Part shown: in pieces, positions 12,536 to 25,260 of the stretch
Layout: each line of letters begins with the position of its first letter
How positions within the stretch are numbered: position 1 is the first letter of the stretch
Source: Eledone cirrhosa
Taxonomy: Eukaryota
NCBI GenBank assembly: GCA_964016885.1
Contig: OZ024765.1
Span: 13,206,001-13,270,000, forward strand
Length of the DNA stretch: 64,000 nucleotides
Reading direction: 5' to 3'
Made by a program: the position numbers and the translations under genes
Notes under the pieces: generated by a model
The model's input: the letters and a program-made list of their open reading frames with translations, nothing else
What the model was told of the DNA's origin: nothing
Databases searched by the model: none

Positions 12536-13674
12536 CAGCCTTTCTAACGTTTGTCATGTACTTGATAAATGCAGCCACTACATGCTTTAAAGTTGTTGAT
12601 ACAAAGTGAATCCAGTTGTAGAAAGCTGGTCAAACAAAGAGGATCCTTCAGTTATTTCAAAGACATTACAACCTCTCTCATGATGCCGACACAAAAAAAT
12701 ACACTCTGTAAAATTTTGTAAGCTATATAAGTGAGATGCTGATCCCTGGCCAATCTGGGAAGTCAGTAGGTCTACGTTAGTACTGAGTTTGTCTGTGAAA
12801 ACCCGTCCAACTCTTGCTAGCAGGGAAATTAGAGATGAAATGTTGATGATTAAGATTATGGTGGTCTATAACTTGTAGAAGATTATCAAACTGCTCCTGC
12901 CATCCACTTCCTCTTCACCCTCTACCACTCACCTTCCTGTCTGTCCCTTCCTATTCAACTTATTTCCTTTCTCACTCTCCTGTCTCAATCAACTCTGTCC
13001 CGTCTCCTGCTTCAATCAACTCTGCTAAACGTTATTTTATTAAAATTTATCTAGAGAAAAGAAAGCAAAGAAAAAATTAACTTTTTCAAAACATTTTTTT
13101 TCTTTAATTTCTTGCTTGAAATGTTGATGGTTTTTGAAAATTAAATTTTGTTAAAATTTATAAGAATCTGTATTATTCTGTGTTGGTTTTTCATATTTTG
13201 TTTTTGTTGGTTTTCCTTATCTTTGTATCGAAATACAGTCAAGATTTAAAGAAATGAAAGTAATATTTGTTTTCAAGAAGAATTTTAATAGATATTAGAG
13301 TATGTTATATGTTGTGATTTCGCAGTGAAAGGAAGCTACAGTAGAGGAAGACCTGGGCAGAACTGGTGGGAGTTGAACCTGAAATGCTGAACTTAACAAA
13401 GGAATGCAGTAGCAGGAAAGATGTGCTGGAAAAGACCTGTCCAATGTATTTAATCATGAAAAGGTAGACATAAAAGTGTGATGATGATGATGCTGTAAGG
13501 GGTTTTTTTCATCTTCACATTCCCAAACCATATCACTGTAGCAGGAGTATGGACCTATATCAGTTTCAACAACAAGTATTCCAGTTGTTTGATCAACAGA
13601 ACAGCCTGCTTATGAAATTAACATGAAAGTGGCAAGCAATCTTGTGCTAAAAATAGGTCTAAAGTCTGTCTGAA

Positions 13675-14317
13675 GCCGGGAGGCAAAGGCCAGTGTTTCT
13701 CTCAGTTTTTGTGGTGCTAAGTCGCCAAGGTTAATCCTGCCACCTGAATGCAGGTTGCTTTGCCTGATTATTATATGGGCACTAGCTGGGGTAAATATCC
13801 GCTCAGTTCTGGATCTGGCTGCATTATCCAGAGGTGATGAAAAAAAAACAGCTGACTTTACATTTTGTTTCTGGGTAAGAGGCAGGTGTTTTATCTGGGA
13901 CACTATAGTCAGTGACACTTTTGCTCCTTTCCACATCATTGATGCTGTGATAAATGTAAGGGTCAATGCTTCCATTGCCTAATGGAATAAAATCCTAAAT
14001 TACTGGGAGCTATTGAACAATTATTTCTTCCAGCCTGTGGTATTTAAGACGATTTGAGGAGCTGGGCTGCTGACGGCAAAATACTTGTCATTGCTGGTCG
14101 CTCGAGGTGTCAGGTGATACCCATGAGGGCGCTGAGTTGTTCCTGGACCTTGGTCTTGCCTTACCAAGGTGTCGGGTAATACCATTGAGGGTAACGAATT
14201 GTTCCTGCCCCTTAGCCTTGACTTACTGTTGTGTCAGTTTATAACTTTGAAGGTGCTGGGTCGTTCCAGCACCTTAGCCACGCCATCACCCGTGCTAATG
14301 CTGCCAGCATATTGGTT
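13675..14317 (+). mobile_element. CRE-like remnant copy
   Basis: Paralog of 5590-6232. Confidence 0.7.
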
Positions 14318-16171
14318 TACTTTAAACATTTCCTTTGACTCTTGTGATTTTCTGTGGGATAGATTGTCGCATTTGGGAGTGAATTGATGGTAGGTTTTGT
14401 TTTTGTCACTCCACTTTTGTTTAATTTCCACTCCTCCTTCTGTCACTCTTATTGTGTATTTTGGTGCGTTGTATTTGTGAGGTTCCTAGCAATGGTTAAT
14501 TGTATTTTTTATATGTGTTTATATTTTCATTCTGATGGAATTGTGAACACTTTGTAATAATTTTTTAATCCAAATAAAATTTTAACATCTATATATCTAA
14601 AACAGAGAATGTCTGTCTGTCTGACTCCCTAAAACTCGAGAACCACCGAACCGATTGTTTTCAAACTTTACACATGTAATACTTATGGTCCTGTGAGTGT
14701 TTTGAGCAAAAACAATTTCAAATTTTCAATGCCTTAGGGACTGCATTAGGGGATTTAGCGATCTCTCTCTATAATTCTTAGTCTTGCTTTTTAGATAGAT
14801 ACATAGATATAACGTTGCCCCCTTATAGTATGTCTGGCTGTCTGCATTACGGCATTATAACTTCACTATCTGTGTGTGTGTGTGTATATCTATATATATG
14901 TGTATGTAACGTTTTTCGAAATATTTACTTCTGCGTTCACAGATTGATTTGTTTAGTTTCAGAAGATCCCGTTAAGGGTGAAAGCAGCGATTCTTTGCTT
15001 AAACTTTAATCTGTTATTTTAATATAACGTTATTTGCCTAAAACGATAACCTGTTATCCCGTATATATAGGGACAGTAGCCCCGCCACACCGAGCCCACG
15101 GTAAACCACCCCCTACACTTTCACCACCCTTACCCCTACCTCAATCGACTCCTATGGCAGCACAGGCATGCATATGTCCATACATAGATCCTGTTATTTA
15201 AGATTCTACATGCACTGATACTTACATATGTGTGTGTGTGCGAGTATATATATACATTTATATATGTGGGTATGTGTGTGTGTTTGTATAATCTGTGTGT
15301 GTGAATATGGGATGCACCTGGGCCCGTATTGGTGCGTGTGGGCTTGCAACGATGTGGGTTGACATACACGCATATGTACTCTATGCTGAATTAAAAACTG
15401 TAGTCCTCTGCATTTCCTGATTTAGACACTCAGGTTATGGTATTTTACACTCCACTCTTGCCTCATTTGCTCTTAAAACGTACCACCCCATGATATTGTA
15501 AAGATCGTAATCCTTTGCATTTCCTGATTCTGACACATAGCCTTTATACTTCAGTCAATATTTTAAAAATCTTTCAAACTTTTATATTGGCTATAACACA
15601 CACGCACTTTATTCTTCTTTGATATTGGCTATAACAAACACGCATTTTATTCCATTTTATTCATGTATTTATTTAGTATTTTACTTCTTCATTTTATTGA
15701 ATCGTATCTTATTATTTTATTATTTATTTCATCTAATTTTTTTATATTTGATTTCTTCATTTTACCTTATCTGATTCCATTATCTGTTTGGCATCCCCTA
15801 CCATGTGAAAGGGTTGTAGGATTGATGCCAACCCACACACACTCATTATTCTAAAGACAGCAGCAGTAGAACTAAGGCTGACCCCCCTAATACCAATAAA
15901 CGCAAGGGATGAGGTCAGCTGTGCTTAACAAAAACAACCACAACAGATTGTCTTGCCTCAGAAAAAAATTTCTATAGACTTTTGGCTGAGGAATGTTCTC
16001 ACAACTGACCAATGGGAAGAGAGAGTGTCCTATGATGCCGAAATTCGTTTGTTCGGATTCATATGATTCCAGTTCCTCAGAGAAATAAAAACCCAACCAG
16101 GAGCTGGACATATCGGAGTATTGACGGAGCAAAACAATTTAACATGTGTACCGGTCTCTACCACACCAATT

Positions 16172-16232
16172 TGAACTGCCTGAAGAGGTCACAGCCAATG
16201 ATGACTGTCACCGAAATATAAATAGCAGTTCA
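16172..16232 (+). ncRNA. Minimal type I hammerhead ribozyme, family H1
   Basis: TGAACTGC-CTGAAGA-GGTCACAG(loop)CTGTCACC-GAAA-T-ATAA-A-TA^GCAGTTCA: 8-bp stem I, complete core, stem II and 2-bp stem III. AATAAA follows at 16238. Confidence 0.85.
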
Positions 16233-16285
16233 TCTTTAATAAACGAAGCCAAATCTTAAATATTTGACTTAATTACTTTATTTTA

Positions 16286-16630
16286 TGGAGGAATATGGCT
16301 TAGTGTTTAGAGCATTGGCCTTGCAATCTAAAGGTTGTGAGTTCAATTCTCAGACCGAGTGATGTGTTGTTTCCTTGAGCAAGACACTTTATTTCACATT
16401 GCTTCAGTTTACTCAGCTGTAGAAATGAGATGATAGGGACTGGGGTCCAAATCATTCCAATGCAAAGTGGTCGTGGAGGTGCCACGGCAAAAAGCACCCA
16501 GCACTCACTGTAAATGAGATTGGTGTTAGGAAGGGCATCCAGCTGTAGAAATCAAGCCAGAATCAGTTCCCGTCCCACCCTTGCAAGCAGGGAAAAGTGG
16601 ACGTAAAATGAAATGATGATGAATGATGAT
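16286..16630 (+). mobile_element. SINE family A
   Basis: Paralog of 7914. Confidence 0.85.
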
Positions 16631-17029
16631 ATGTAATTATATATTCGTGTACAGATAAGGATAAATATATATTAACTATATATTTAACACTAGAGCAAAG
16701 CCCGAGCAACGCCGGGCCATTTTGTTAGTCATATATAAAAGAAAAAATATTTTTAAAAGAGTTATTTCACGAGAAATATTGTTAAATACAAAGATGTTCA
16801 CTGTCGGCCATTGTTTCGTACACAGCTCTATTAAATGGTAAATTATATTTTATAACTGGTTTTTACTGTTATCTAATTAAATAGAATTCATTACTGATTA
16901 TCTGTATAAAAATGCAGATACAACATTAATATGCTAAGCTAGCAACATTAATCAACGTTTGTTTTAACATCTAGATATCTTGAAGCTGTCATTCATTGTC
17001 CTGTTTGTCTTAAGTTCTGACAATTTCAA

Positions 17030-17260
17030 CATATTGTCACATCTTACGTTTTAAATACGAAAGTATTTTACATCTATATTATTGTAAACATATCTTTTTA
17101 CCTTTATCACATCTTCCGTATTAAATATGTAAGTATCATGTACCTATATTATTGTAAATATATCTCTTTACTTTCATTTCTTCAATATATTGTTACATCT
17201 TCCATATTAAATATGTAAAGTATTATATTTCTATTTTATTGCAAACATATCTCTTTACTT
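17030..17260 (+). repeat. Three diverged ~70-85 bp tandem repeats in intron 1 (present in each unit)
   Basis: ACATCTT.C.T.TTAAATA...TATTG.AAA.ATATCT.TTTAC occurs three times. Confidence 0.7.
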
Positions 17261-19143
17261 TCACCTTTATATTTTGATATGTTCAGTGAGAAAAATAAAA
17301 AAAGAAACTTTACGAAAGTAATGATGCTGTTTTCATACTTCAAATCTTCGTTTTCCACTCATCACTCCATTCCAGGTTTTGTTATTTCTTACGACTGAAC
17401 ATCGACAGAAAGATAAGGTTTGTAATTTTAAACTGCAGTCTTATTTAGACTGTATTTACTTATATTTCTACCATGTGATAGGTTTTAGTGTTGCTAATTA
17501 GACATCGATATTAATTCTCCACTCTACCACCTGGTCTGAAATTATCGATTAAACAGATTTAATCAACAACATATACTGTCTCTCTACACATAAGCCGGCG
17601 TAATTCTTTATCTCTACTATATATATATATAATTCTTTGTCTTGTATTTTTAAATCCCAGTCTTATTTAGGCCGTATATTTCTACCATATCGAGCAAGGC
17701 CATTCCCGTAATGGGATCAGGTCCTTGTTTTCTTTCCTACTTATTAACACTTTGGTTTGAAGGAGATTTGTTGTTGATGAAAATTACAGCTACAATTCTT
17801 GTATTTTGTATTTTATTTTTATTATTTCTAATCATCCCACTCTCTCAATTAATGATTGTATTCCTATAATAATATATATTAAAAATGAACTACATGATGC
17901 TTGGTGAGCTGACAGAATGGTGCCATATCCAACCTTCATACCGCCTTTCCATCACATTCCTATCTGTCTGTCTACCTTTCTCATTCTAATGAACTGAATG
18001 GCTTCATTGGGTAGACGCCACCTTCCCATCTTTGCATGACCTGGATAGATGTGGGCTGTATAAGCCACTGGGATGTCAGCTTATCAAGGAGAACAGTGAC
18101 TCTGAATAAAAACTAATATAGGGTGGAGAGGGCCCTTGAGTTTGGTCTGACAACATCTCGAATGTTGGTGGCACCAAGAACACACCCAGTCCACACTGCA
18201 AAGTGTTTGTGATAGGAACGGTATCCAGTCAGAAAGTCTCTGCTAAATATGAAAGCAAATATTATATTGAATATATATCTTGGAAGATTGAATTGGATTA
18301 GTTCCATTGTTCAGGTAAAGTTTTATATTTACAATTTATTAATGTAGAAATATAGTAAAAAATCTCAAGTTTGAATCACTATATTTTATATATCTTCTAT
18401 ATGTTAGATAAATATAAACATTTTAAGCAGGATTTTTTAACCATTTAGCATTTTATCTGGCCAAAATCTCACCTCTTTCTGTTCAAACTGATATTAAGGT
18501 ATTGTTCTCATAGATTTGATATTATGTGAGATAAATCCTTTACCATGAAAATATAATAGTATATATAGATTAATGTAAATGCTAAAGGGTTGAACATCAA
18601 ATTGTTACGGGGGTCCACCATAGTAAAATAAGAATCAAAGAGGTCCATAGGTAAAATAAGGTTGATAACCACTGTTTTGTGATAGATAAATATAAACACT
18701 TTAAACCAGCTTTAAATATCCTGAATATCTTATACTGTTTCTCTATTATTTCAGAATATCGGATGACATCAACATTAAAGTATTTTCTATACCAGAAACA
18801 TCAATATTTATTTCACATGTTTTAAAGACTATACAGAACACATATGACCTTGTCTATTTATTAAATCTGTAAATTACTGTGAAATATTTCATTTCAACTG
18901 AGATTATTTCCAACATTTCTCTACTTTACTGTCTGGAATGTGTTGAAGTTGACTTTGTATTGTGACTAAATTTGGATAAATTAGATAAATTTACAAGGGA
19001 GTTTGTAACATATTTTGACATCAACATCAAAGTTGATGGAAATATAGCAGAAAGAATATTTCTTAAGAATAAATTATAAAAAAAAGAGGTAAAGTTGGTA
19101 CAAAAGAATTTAAGACTTACCTGAATACATTGTTGGTGAGGAG

Positions 19144-20367
19144 ATGGGGAGTGGACAAGAGGAATCACCATACCACTGCAATATCTGTAAAAAGGCATTC
19201 TCTCAACAACATAACTTAACTCTTCACAAGCGTGTTCATACAGGAGAGAAACCATATCGCTGTGATATCTGTGGTAAATCATTCTCTGTAAAAGATAGAT
19301 TGGCTCATCACACACGTACACATACAGGAGAGAAACCATATCACTGTGATGTTTGTGGTAAATCATTCTCTAGAAGTAATGACTTGACTAGTCACAAACG
19401 TACACATACAGGAGAGAAACCATATCACTGTGATATCTGTGGTAAATCATTCTCTAGAAATGGTGAGTTAACTATTCATAAACATATACATACAAAAGAG
19501 AAACCATATCGCTGTGACACCTGTGGTAAATCATTCTGTACAAGTCATACTTTGACTATTCACATACGTACACATACAGGAGAAAAACCATACCACTGTG
19601 ATATCTGTAGTAAATCATTCTCTAGAAATGGTCATTTAACTATTCATAAACGTATACATACAGGAGAGAAACCATGTCATTGTGAGATCTGTGTTAAATC
19701 ATTCTCTGGTAGTGCTGACCTGACTTCTCACACACGTACACACAGAGGAGAGAAACAATATGATTGTGCTATCTGTAGCAAATCATTCTCTACAAGTCAT
19801 ATATTGACTGTTCACACACGTACACATACGGGAGAGAAACCATATCATTGTGAAATCTGTGGTAAATCATTCTCTACAAATAATGTATTGACTTGTCACA
19901 CACGTACACATACAGGAGAGAAACCATATCATTGTGATGTCTGTGGTAAATCATTTTCTACAAGTAATAACTTGACTATTCACATACGTACACATACGGG
20001 GGAGAAACCATATCACTGTGAAATGTGTGGTAAATCATTCTCTAGAAATGGTGACTTAACTATTCATAAACGTATACATACAGGAGAGAAACCATATCAC
20101 TGTGACACCTGTGGTAAATCATTCTCTGAAAGCAAAAGCTTGACACGTCACACACGTATACATACAGGAGAGAAACCATATCATTGTGATATCTGTGGTA
20201 AATCATTCTCTACAAGTAATGTATTGACTTGCCACACACGTACACATACAGGAGAGAAACCATATCATTGTGATATCTGTGGTAAATCATTCTCTCGGAG
20301 TAGTGAATTTACTGTTCACAAATGTATTTATACAAGAGGGAATACTCCAGTTGAGTCAACAGCGTAA
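19144..20367 (+). CDS. C2H2 zinc-finger protein ZNF-3, 407 aa, 14 repeats (subtype B)
   Basis: Largely collinear with ZNF-2 but four fingers shorter. Confidence 0.93.
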   Translation: MGSGQEESPYHCNICKKAFSQQHNLTLHKRVHTGEKPYRCDICGKSFSVKDRLAHHTRTHTGEKPYHCDVCGKSFSRSNDLTSHKRTHTGEKPYHCDICGKSFSRNGELTIHKHIHTKEKPYRCDTCGKSFCTSHTLTIHIRTHTGEKPYHCDICSKSFSRNGHLTIHKRIHTGEKPCHCEICVKSFSGSADLTSHTRTHRGEKQYDCAICSKSFSTSHILTVHTRTHTGEKPYHCEICGKSFSTNNVLTCHTRTHTGEKPYHCDVCGKSFSTSNNLTIHIRTHTGEKPYHCEMCGKSFSRNGDLTIHKRIHTGEKPYHCDTCGKSFSESKSLTRHTRIHTGEKPYHCDICGKSFSTSNVLTCHTRTHTGEKPYHCDICGKSFSRSSEFTVHKCIYTRGNTPVESTA

Positions 20368-21182
20368 CAGCCTTTCTAACGTTTGTCATGTACTTGATAA
20401 ATGCAGCCACTACATGCTTTAAAGTTGTTGATACCAAGTGAATCCAGTTGTAGAAAGCTGGTCAACCAAAGAGGATACTTCAGTTATTTCAAAGACATTA
20501 CAACCTCTCTCATGATGCCGACACAAAAAAATACACTCTGTAAAATTAACTTTTTCGAAACATTTTTTTTCTTTAATTTCTTGCTTGAAATATTGATGGT
20601 TATTCCAAGAGTAAAACCCTACCAAGTACCTTGTGAGGTTTTTGAAAATTAAATTTTGTTAAAATTTATAAGAATCTGTATTATTCTGCGTTGGTTTTTC
20701 ATATTTTGTTTTTGTTGGTTTTCCTTATCTTTGTATCGAAATACAGTCAAGATTTAAAGAAATGAAAGTAATATTTGTTTTCAAGAAGAATTTTAATAGA
20801 TATTAGAGTATGTTATATGTTGTGATTTCGCAGTGAAAGGAAGCTACAGTAGAGGAAGACCTGGGCAGAACTGGTGGGAGTTGAACCTGAAATGCTGAAC
20901 TTAACAAAGGAATGCAGTAGCAGGAAAGATGTGCTGGAAAAGACCTGTCCAATGTATTTAATCATGGAAAGGTAGACATAAAAGTATGATGATGATGATG
21001 CTGTAAGGGGTTTTTTTCATCTTCACATTCCCAAACCATATCACTGTAGCAGGAGTATGGACCTATATCAGTTTCAACAACAAGTATTCCAGTTGTTTGA
21101 TCAACAGAACAGCCTGCTTATGAAATTAACATGAAAGTGGCAAGCAATCTTGTGCTAAAAATAGGTCTAAAGTCTGTCTGAA

Positions 21183-21825
21183 GCCGGGAGGCAAAGGCCA
21201 GTGTTTCTCTCAGTTTTTGTGGTGCTAAGTCGCCAAGGTTAATCCTGCCACCTGAATGCAGGTTGCTTTGCCTGATTATTATATGGGCACTAGCTGGGGT
21301 AAATATCCGCTCAGTTCTGGATCTGGCTGCATTATCCAGAGGTGATGAGAAAAAACCAGATGGCTTTACACCTTCTTTCTGGGTAAGAGGCAGGTGTTTT
21401 ATCTGGGACACTATAGTCAGTGACACTTTTGCTCCTTCCCACATCATTGGTGCTGTGATAAATGTAAGGGTCAATGCTTCCATTGCCTAATGGAATAAAA
21501 TCCTAAATTACTGGGAGCTATTGAACAATTATTTCTTCCAGCCTGTGGTATTTAAGATGATTTGAGGAGCTGGGCTGCTGACGGCAAAATACTTGTCATT
21601 GCTGGTCGCTCGAGGTGTCAGGTGATACCCATGAGGGCGCTGAGTTGTTCCTGGACCTTGGTCTTGCCTTACCAAGGTGTCGGGTAATACCATTGAGGGT
21701 AACGAATTGTTCCTGCCCCTTAGCCTTGACTTACTGTTGTGTCAGTTTATAACTTTGAAGGTGCTGGGTTGTTCCAGCACCTTAGCCACGCCATAACCTG
21801 TGCTAATGCTGCCAGCATATTGGTT
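21183..21825 (+). mobile_element. CRE-like remnant copy
   Basis: Paralog retaining KKPDG. Confidence 0.7.
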
Positions 21826-23685
21826 TACTTTAAACATTTCCTTTGACACTTGTGATTTTCTGTGGGATAGATTGTCGCATTTGGGAGTGAATTGATGGTA
21901 GGTTTTGTTTTTGTCACTCCACTTTTGTTTAATTTCGACTCCTCCTTCTTTCACTCTTATTGTGTATTTTGGTGCGTTGTATTTGTGAGATTCCTAGCAA
22001 TGGTTAATTGTATATTTTATATGTGTTTATATTTTCATTCTGATGGAATTGTGAACACTGTAATAATTTTTTAACCCAAATAAAATTTTAACATCTATAT
22101 ATCTAAAACAGAGAATGTCTGTCTGTCTGACTCCCTAAAACTCGAGAACCACCGAACCGATTGTTTTCAAACTTTACACATGTAATACTTATGGTCCTGT
22201 GAGTGTTTTGAGCAAAAACAATTTCAAATTTTCAATGCCTTAGGGACTGCATTAGGGGATTTAGCGATCTCTCTCTATAATTCTTAGTCTTGCTTTTTAG
22301 ATAGATACATAGATATAACGTTGCCCCCTTATAGTATGTCTGGCTGTCTGCATTACGGCATTATAACTTCACTATCTGTGTGTGTGTGTGTATATCTATA
22401 TATATGTGTATGTAACGTTTTTCGAAATATTTACTTCTGCGTTCACAGATTGATTTGTTTAGTTTCAGAAGATCCCGTTAAGGGTGAAAGCAGCGATTCT
22501 TTGCTTAAACTTTAATCTGTTATTTTAATATAACGTTATTTGCCTAAAACGATAACCTGTTATCCCGTATATATAGGGACAGTAGCCCCGCCACACCGAG
22601 CCCACGGTAAACCACCCCCTACACTTTCACCACCCTTACCCCTACCTCAATCGACTCCTATGGCAGCACAGGCATGCATATATCCATACATAGATCCAGT
22701 TATTTAAGATTCTACATGCACTGATACTTACATATGTGTGTGTGTGCGAGTATATATATACATTTATATATGTGGGTATGTGTGTGTGTTTGTATAATCT
22801 GTGTGTGTGAATATGGGATGCACCTGGGCCCGTATTGGTGCGTGTGGGCTTGCAACGATGTGGGTTGACATACACGCATATGTACTCTATGCTGAATTAA
22901 AAACTGTAGTCCTCTGCATTTCCTGATTTAGACACTCAGGTTATGGTATTTTACACTCCACTCTTGCCTCATTTGCTCTTAAAACGCACCACCCCATGAT
23001 ATTGTAAAGATCGTAATCCTTTGCATTTCCTGATTCTGACACATAGCCTTTATACTTCAGTCAATATTTTAAAAATCTTTCAAACTTTTATATTGGCTAT
23101 AACACACACGCACTTTATTCTTCTTTGGTATTTGATATTGGCTATAACAAACACGCATTTTATTCCATTTTATTCATGTATTTATTTAGTATTTTACTTC
23201 TTCATTTTATTGAATCGTATCTTATTATTTTATTATTTATTTCATCTAATTTTTTTATATTTGATTTCTTCATTTTACCTTATCTGATTCCATTATCTGT
23301 TTGGCATCCCCTACCATGTGAAAGGGTTGTAGGATTGATGCCAACCCACACACACTCATTATTCTAAAGACAGCAGCAGTAGAACTAAGGCTGACCCCCC
23401 TAATACCAATAAACGCAAGGGATGAGGTCAGCTGTGCTTAACAAAAACAACCACAACAGATTGTCTTGCCTCAGAAAAAAATTTCTATAGACTTTTGGCT
23501 GAGGAATGTTCTCACAACTGACCAATGGGAAGAGAGAGTGTCCTATGATGCCGAAATTCGTTTGTTCGGATTCATATGATTCCAGTTCCTCAGAGAAATA
23601 AAAACCCAACCAGGAGCTGGACATATCGGAGTATTGACGGAGCAAAACAATTTAACATGTGTACCGGTCTCTACCACACCAATTC

Positions 23686-23744
23686 GAACTGCCTGAAGAT
23701 GTCACAGCCAATGATGACTGTCACCGAAATATAAATAGCAGTTC
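23686..23744 (+). ncRNA. Minimal type I hammerhead ribozyme, family H1 (first stem II pair mutated)
   Basis: Same fold as 16172, but G>T at 23700 breaks the first stem II pair. Confidence 0.7.
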
Positions 23745-23798
23745 ATCTTTAATAAACGAAGCCAAATCTTAAATATTTGACTTAATTACTTTATTTTA

Positions 23799-24143
23799 TG
23801 GAGGAATATGGCTTAGTGTTTAGAGCATTGGCCTTGCAATCTAAAGGTTGTGAGTTCAATTCTCAGACCGAGTGATGTGTTGTTTCCTTGAGCAAGACAC
23901 TTTATTTCACATTGCTTCAGTTTACTCAGCTGTAGAAATGAGATGATAGGGACTGGGGTCCAAATCATTCCAATGCAAAGTGGTCGTGGAGGTGCCACGG
24001 CAAAAAGCACCCAGCACTCACTGTAAATGAGGTTGGTGTTAGGAAGGGCATCCAGCTGTAGAAATCGAGCCAGAATCAGTTCCCGTCCCACCCTTGCAAG
24101 CAGGGAAAAGTGGACGTAAAATGAAATGATGATGAATGATGAT
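23799..24143 (+). mobile_element. SINE family A
   Basis: Paralog of 7914. Confidence 0.85.
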
Positions 24144-24592
24144 ATGTAATTATATATTCGTGTACAGATAAGGATAAATATATATTAACTATATATTTAA
24201 CACTAGAGCAAAGCCCGAGCAACGCCGGGCCATTTTGTTAGTCATATATAAAAGAAAAAATATTTTTAAAAGAGTTATTTCACGAGAAATATTGTTAAAT
24301 ACAAAGATGTTCACTGTCGGCCATTGTTTCGTACACAGCTCTATTAAATGGTAAATTATATTTTATAACTGGTTTTTACTGTTATCTAATTAAATAGAAT
24401 TCATTACTGATTATCTGTATAAAAATGCAGATACAACATTAATATGTTTAAGCTAGCAACATTAATCAACGTTTGTTTTAACATCTAGATATCTTGAAGC
24501 TGTCATTCATTGTCCTGTTTGTCTTAAGTTCTGACAATTTCAACATATTGTCACATCTTACGTTTTAAATACGAAAGTATTTTACATCTATA

Positions 24593-24812
24593 TTTACTCA
24601 GCTGTAGAAATGAGATGATAGGGACTGGGGTCCAAATCATTCCAATGCAAAGTGGTCGTGGAGGTGCCACGGCAAAAAGCACCCAGCACTCACTGTAAAT
24701 GAGGTTGGTGTTAAGAAGGGCATCCAGCTGTAGAAATCAAGCCAGAATCAGTTCCCATCCCACCCTTGCAAGCAGGGAAAAGCGGACATAAAATGATGAT
24801 GATAATGATGAT
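24593..24812 (+). mobile_element. SINE family A, 5'-truncated
   Basis: 3' two-thirds of the SINE joined directly to intron 1 sequence. Confidence 0.8.
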
Positions 24813-24915
24813 ATATATATATATATATATCGTTATACTTTGGGAGGGTCATGTTGCCAATAAGATTTCAGATAATGAAATGATGAAATGAAAATGATAT
24901 ATATACATATATATA

Positions 24916-25260
24916 TCATCATCATTATCATCATCATTTTACGTCCGCTTTTCCCTGCTTGCAAGGGTGGGATGGGAACTGATTCTGGCTTGATTTCTAC
25001 AGCTGGATGCCCTTCCTAACACCAACCTCATTTACAGTGAGTGCTGGGTGCTTTTTTGCCGTGGCACCACCACGTCCACTTTACAGTGGAATGATATGGA
25101 CCCCAGTCCCTATCATCTCATTTCTACAGCTGAGTAAACTGGGGCAATGTGAAATAAAGTGTCTTGCTCAAGGAAACAACACATCACCTGGTCTGAGAAT
25201 TGAGCTCACAACCTTTTGATTGCAAGGCCAATGCTCTAACCACTAAGCCATGTGCCTCCA
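24916..25260 (-). mobile_element. SINE family A, full length
   Basis: Reverse complement of the family A sequence. Confidence 0.85.

Larger units (their letters stand above)
14588..16728 (+). mobile_element. Helitron-like element, copy 2
   Basis: Same termini, with intact GCCCG-AGCAACGC-CGGGC hairpin at 16700-16717, 11 bp before the end. Confidence 0.7.
22094..24241 (+). mobile_element. Helitron-like element, copy 3
   Basis: Same termini, intact hairpin. Confidence 0.7.
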
